Below are positions 61,575-64,000 of a stretch of 64,000 bases of DNA, piece by piece. The notes below the pieces were generated by a model. It was given only the letters and a program-made list of their open reading frames with translations, did not search any database and had not been told where the DNA came from. The position numbers were made by a program, and so were the translations under genes. Source of the DNA: Leucoraja ocellata (lineage: Eukaryota); contig JAWMAR010000197.1 of NCBI GenBank assembly GCA_036785375.1, positions 1,240,001-1,304,000 on the forward strand. Direction: 5' to 3'. Each line of letters starts with the position of its first letter. The first letter of the stretch is position 1.

Positions 61575-62200
61575 CAAGTTCAAGTTCAAGTGAGTTTATT
61601 CTCATGTGTCCCTGTATAGGACAATGAAATTCTTGCTTTGCTTAAGCACACAGAAAAGAGTAGGCATTTACTACAAAACAGATAAATGTGTCCATATACC
61701 ATGATATAAATATATACACACATGAATAAATAAACTGGTAAAGTGCAAATAACAGAATAATCAGAGTTTTGTCCGAGTCAGGTTTAATAGCCTGATGGCT
61801 GTTCCTGAACCTGGTTGTTGCAGTCTTCAGGCTCCTGTACCTTCTATCTGAAGGTAGCAGGGAGATGAGTGTGTGGCCAGGATGGTGTGGGTCTTTGATG
61901 ATACTGCCAACCTTTTTGAGGCAGCGACTGTGATAAATCCCCTCGATGGAAGGAAGGTCAGAGCTGATGATGTACTTGGCAGTGTTTACTACTTTTTGTA
62001 GTCTTTTCCTCTCCAGGGCGCTCAAATTGCCGAACCAAGCCACGATGCAACCGGTCAGTATGCTCTCGACTGTGCACCTGTAGAAGTTAGAGAGAGTCTT
62101 CCTTGACAATCCGACTCTCCGTAATCTTCTCAGGAAGTAGAGGCGGTGACGAGCTTTTTTGATAATTGCGTTAGTGTTCTCGGACCAGGAAAGATCTTCA
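61575..62200 (-). mobile_element. Rex1/Babar 3' end
   Basis: ORF 61642..62109 FYRCTVESILTGCI.AWFGN...LLPSDRRYRS; (cttgaa)n tail. Confidence 0.93.
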
Positions 62201-62854
62201 TTAAGTAAACGAAAGATGTATTGAGCAGCCAGGTGAGATTAGAGCATCAAACCTTAGTTTTAATATTAAAAGAGTGACAACAAGCAAAAGAGCATTATCT
62301 GCCCCATTACCCCTGCCGCATACACTCTGCCTTCCTCAATTATCTACTGATGACTAGTCTGTTGCCGACTTCCATCATTCTCTGGTTTAGTTTCAGTTTC
62401 CACGCATCTCTGGTCTTTTAGTTTTTGCATCACTTGGCTTCTAATTAACACTCTCTTGACTAGTGGATTTAAGCCATAGTACCATGAAAGATTATCGATC
62501 ATTGGTGTCCAGGATATAGTGCTGCAGTCCGCAAGAACACATTTGTATCTCATCACAGGGGTCGACATGCCTACAGTACTATCCTCGGGCATCAGTTCTC
62601 TTTAAGTACCTTCAGGCCCTGACAGGAGTCAGGATCTCTCGTCATAATGGATGTTAATTAGGTGAATTCCCTCACTTTTTCTAATTTGCAGGTAAATTAA
62701 GACAACATATATTGTTCTCCAATCAAGACATTTCTTGCAGCTTGAGAAATATGTTTTCCCTTGTAATTGTTGCTGCAGTCAATAAGTAAAATGTTATTAT
62801 TTTATTGTGGGGCTCACTTCCAGAAATTTATGAACACACACTTGAAGTAATCTT

Positions 62855-63116
62855 GGGGCAGCACAGTGGTGCAGTGGTAGAGTTGCTGCCTTACAGTGCC
62901 AGAGACCTGGGTTTGATCCTGACTACAGGTGCTGTATGTACGGGCGTGTGTACATCACCCTGTGACCGCTTGGGTTTCCTACGGGTGCTCCGGTTTCCTC
63001 CCACATTGTAAAGACGTGCAGGTTTGTAGATTAATTGGCTGTAAAATTGTCCCTCGTGTGTAGGATAGAATTTGTGTCCTGGTTCCATGCTTTATCTTTA
63101 AATTAAACTAAACTAA
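62855..63116 (+). mobile_element. V-SINE
   Basis: gggcagcacagtggtgcagtggtagag head, V-domain, taaactaaacta tail. Confidence 0.88.
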
Positions 63117-63564
63117 TCCGTCCCACCAAAGTGGGCCAAGAAATTTGCAGTTGCACCTGAAGCCTATGGTATTTGTGCTGCTGAATCGTTCTCTCACAAA
63201 GGTAGAGTCATTCCTTTTGGCATGATGTCAATGCAGAGCATGTGAAGGTCAATCATCAAATGGAGAGCAATTTCTGTGTCAGAATGGTTTGCAATTGAAA
63301 GAGGACATGGATTAGGGAGAACCATGAACCAGAGGAGAGGAGATTGACATAAGATTCAATACCCAGTGGGCCTGTAGTTGGGGACTTGCAATTGATGTTC
63401 AGTATAAAATGAACTCTCGCGGGGGGTGGAGGGAAAGGGGAGCGGGGGGGTGGGGGGGGAGAGAGGACCGCAAGCAGTGTCAATGGCCTGTGAAGTGTGA
63501 TGTGGATGGGGTAGTTGGTGAATTTAAATCCTGCAATTGACGAGTTCAGGACCTGTGATTGTCA

Positions 63565-63768
63565 AAAACAAAGAACTACAGATGCTGGTTTACAAAAATG
63601 GACACAAAGTGCTGGAGTAACTCAACAGATCAAGCAGCATCACTGGAGAAAATGAATAGATGATGTTTTGGGTTAGGACCCTGACGAAGGTTCCTGACTC
63701 AAAACGTTACCTATCTATGCTCTCCAGAAATGCTGCCTGACCCCCAGAGTTACTCTAGCACTTTGTGT
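63565..63768. mobile_element. Fold-back Penelope-derived mini-element with imperfect 13-bp TSD
   Basis: cctgtgattgtca / cctgtgatcggca flanks; core CTGACGA-a-ggttcctgactc-aaaa-cgtt. Confidence 0.8.
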
Positions 63769-64000
63769 CCTGTGATCGGCAGTCAGGCAGATGAGCTGAT
63801 GAGCAAGTTTGCAGATGGGTAGTTGGTTTGGAGGGATTTGTTTGGGTGATTTGGCCCTGGGAATCAGAATATCAATGGTCGGGAAGATCAAGTGAGCGTG
63901 AATTAGGTTGGATGAGGGGAAGGAGGTCAAAGCAGAGCAAATACATAAATAAAGGGCTCAGCTCCAATAGAATGGAGTTCCTATTGTCAAGTGGAGATGC

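Overview
This is eukaryotic, repeat-dense DNA, almost certainly from a cartilaginous fish (skate/ray-like). That assignment is inferred from HE1-type V-SINEs, abundant CR1 LINEs, Rex1/Babar, Penelope, L1/Tx1 and Gypsy relics. I found no intact host gene, tRNA, rRNA or CRISPR array; every recognisable ORF is a transposon remnant, so the window looks like a long intron or gene desert. The most interesting signal is about 30 short (100-250 bp) Penelope-derived elements carrying a minimal hammerhead-ribozyme motif (CTGANGA-a-stem II-GAAACGTH). Many are fold-back palindromes, several are flanked by 10-15 bp target-site duplications, and one is inserted cleanly into a CR1. They look like a mobile, non-autonomous, ribozyme-bearing mini-retroelement family; catalytic activity is untested. 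Also present: two non-autonomous Helitrons, a PIF/Harbinger-like MITE group sharing (W)GSSSCTGTCCCAC ends, two hAT-type elements with 8-bp TSDs, a GC-rich element with an array of hairpins, a Gypsy relic lacking RT/RNase H, and several repeat-free stretches that could be conserved regulatory elements. Coordinates of degenerate repeats are approximate (read by eye).
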